A model generated the notes under the pieces. That model was not told the DNA's origin and searched no databases. It was given only the letters and a program-made list of their open reading frames with translations. A stretch of DNA of 64,000 nucleotides from contig OU015568.1 of the NCBI GenBank assembly GCA_907165135.1, forward strand, positions 5,022,001-5,086,000, in the 5' to 3' direction. Shown here piece by piece: positions 62,179 through 64,000 of this stretch. Every line of letters begins with the position of its first letter. Position 1 is the first letter of the stretch. The position numbers were made by a program, and so were the translations under genes. The DNA is from Oikopleura dioica. Its lineage: Eukaryota; Animalia; Chordata.

Positions 62179-62835
62179 GATTGTTTTCTTCTTTGTCTTC
62201 TTTTCAAGCTCTCAGAAACTGTAAAATGCGAATACAGTTAGCCGCAGGATAATTTGAAAGTGATCGGATGCAATGACCGCCGGCGCGTTTTCAAGGAGTT
62301 TTTCCGTAATCGATTGACACTGATTGAAAAGAATTAGTCGACTCTCATTACTGTTACGAAGCTCTCTTCATCAATCACTTCTGTTTTCTCGCTAACTGTA
62401 TGTTCAAACAGAATCTTACCTCGAAAAAGTAAAAAAGGGTGGTTGATTGCAAATTGCTCAGCAGATCGAAATTTTTCAGGTGAAATTTTTAGGGTGCGAA
62501 AAAAATGGCTTTTTCGCGGGATCAACGCGGTACTGAGGCGGATTAGACAGTAATCAGCTCATTTTTTTAATAGCTCAGCGGCATCTTCTTCACCACCCGA
62601 TCCGGTACTGCTGAGAAATACCGCAATTCCGAATCGCGAGCGCGCTACTAATTTATGAGGCTGCTCATCATCAGAATCGAACGATATTAAAATTATACAT
62701 TTTCGGGCGATCATTTTTTATGGAGTAGGATGTGTCCTGGGCGGGTCGGCGGATGATTCTGAAAAATCTGAATTGAGTCTCTTCAGAACTTCTTTAACGA
62801 AAGTGAGAAAGAAGCAGAAATCCTGTTTTTAAAAG

Positions 62836-63648
62836 ATGGTTGATGCGACTGAGGTAGGAAGAAAGATCGAAAAAAGAGAATGAAAAATTTTCAGAAAGCC
62901 GAGATCGAGGCCAAACAAGCCGAAGAAAAAGTCATCGCCGGTTCCCAAATCGGCGTCAAATACACCGACAAGGGTGCCCGCCACGAAAAAGGCAAACTCA
63001 ACAACTTCGGCCACCTGACTTTCTGGGTCGGAAATGCGAAACAAGCGGCCGAGTGGTATTGCATTCGATTTGGCTTTGAAGAGTGGTGCTACAGAGGATT
63101 GGAGACTGGTTCGAGAGACATTTGCTCGCATGTGATCAAGCAGAATGATGTCGTTTTTGAGTTTCAATCGGCACTGCAGCCGGGAAATGAGGAGTTTGGG
63201 AAGTTTCTAGAGACTCATGCTGATGGTGTCAAAGGTATATATTGAGAAGACAGAGACCATATATCGTCTATTTGAGAGGTTCTTTCATATTTTCTGAAAA
63301 ACTCATTTAGTGAAGTCTTATTTTTTTCATTTTGTAGACTGTCATGTTTATGATTATTCAAAATTGTGTTGTCATAATCTCAAATAATATTCAAGATATC
63401 GCCTTCAACTGCGAAGACGTCGACGCCTTGATTGAGAAAGCCCGAGAAGGTGGCGCTATCGTAGTCTCCGAGCCCGAGACAATCAGCGACGAGTTCGGAT
63501 CAATTCGAACCGCCGTCTTGCAGACTTACGGCGACGTGTGCCACACCCTCATTGATCGATCGAAATATCCAGCTGATAGACATCTTCCAGGATACAAGTT
63601 TGCTTCGGAAATGAAGAACTACCGTGTTGATCCAGTCGCTGCTAAAAT
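62836..63648 (+). CDS. HPD: 4-hydroxyphenylpyruvate dioxygenase, 5' part (continues beyond the window)
   Basis: FGHLTFWVGNAKQAAEWYCIRFGF, GLETGSR, THADGVK|DIAFNCEDV, LQTYGDVCHTLIDRS. Confidence 0.93.
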
Positions 63649-63699
63649 GTACGTTAAACATATTATGATAATATCGTAAAGTTGACGAGTATTAAATAC

Positions 63700-63851
63700 A
63701 TTATCTCGTTTATTGCAGAAGCTTTTCGCCTTTCGGCATCATCAGTGCTTTAGAGACGCAAAGTTGTATCTCTTTACGTAAATACAACTTTGCGTCTCTA
63801 AAGCACTGATGATGCCGAAAGGCGAAAAGCTTCTGCAATAAACGAGATAAT
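63700..63851. repeat. Perfect 70-bp-arm palindrome in an HPD intron
   Basis: 63700-63769 is the exact reverse complement of 63782-63851, with a 12-nt spacer. Direct repeat ATATTATGATAA at 63660-63671 and 63850-63861. Confidence 0.93.
63803..63836 (+). ncRNA. Minimal type I hammerhead ribozyme motif (mirror copy on the minus strand at 63715-63748)
   Basis: GCA-CTGATGA-T-GCC(GAAA)GGC-GAAA-AGCT-TC-TGC: 3-bp stem I, GNRA-capped stem II and palindromic AAGCTT stem III. Followed by AATAAA. Confidence 0.82.
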
Positions 63852-64000
63852 ATTATGATAAGTAAAGACCATATATAAATAATCGAATTTTTCATTTGGG
63901 CTTTTTTACTTCGTTTTTATTTGATAATCTTGATCTACCATAAGCTTAACCTGTTCTCATAAAGTTAGCCTGCTGAATTGGTCATTGATTATAGTGTTTG

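Noticed and set aside
1-64000. CRISPR arrays, rRNA genes, spliced-leader RNA gene
   Set aside because: No repeat-spacer array and no recognisable rRNA or SL sequence. The DNA is eukaryotic.

Overview
This is compact, intron-rich animal DNA. Introns of about 40 nt, frequent GA/GC donors and the gene content suggest the larvacean tunicate Oikopleura (inference, not confirmed). From left to right the window holds: the 3' end of a Penelope-like retroelement (RT thumb, GIY-YIG, minimal hammerhead); a MYCBP-like gene; an intronless Hes gene in a ~9 kb gene-poor region; a tandem double serine protease; a ~12 kb receptor gene with 13 C-type lectin domains and an antisense myosin regulatory light chain gene nested in one intron; an XK-related gene interrupted by a hAT-type MITE; an orphan membrane protein; ZC3H4/6-like; SLC28; a giant CTLD-CBM14-EGF-ITIH-C extracellular protein; ALDH3; a DM9/BC-box gene; a Kelch gene; an ERR nuclear receptor; and the 5' part of HPD. 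DM9/BC-box, Kelch and ERR are not recognisable from the supplied ORF track and were recovered by splicing short exons by hand. The strongest leads are: (1) a MITE in a coding exon whose TIRs offer a GC-AG splice leaving a frame-preserving 21-nt footprint; (2) a perfect 70-bp palindrome with a hammerhead core on each strand, in an HPD intron; (3) a DM9 lectin fused to an Elongin BC/Cullin box; (4) a chitin-binding EGF scaffold ending in a GDPH/ITIH-type domain; (5) interleaved 14- and 16-bp stems over the retroelement stop codon. All gene models were read by eye. Domain names come from remembered motif consensus, not from database searches.
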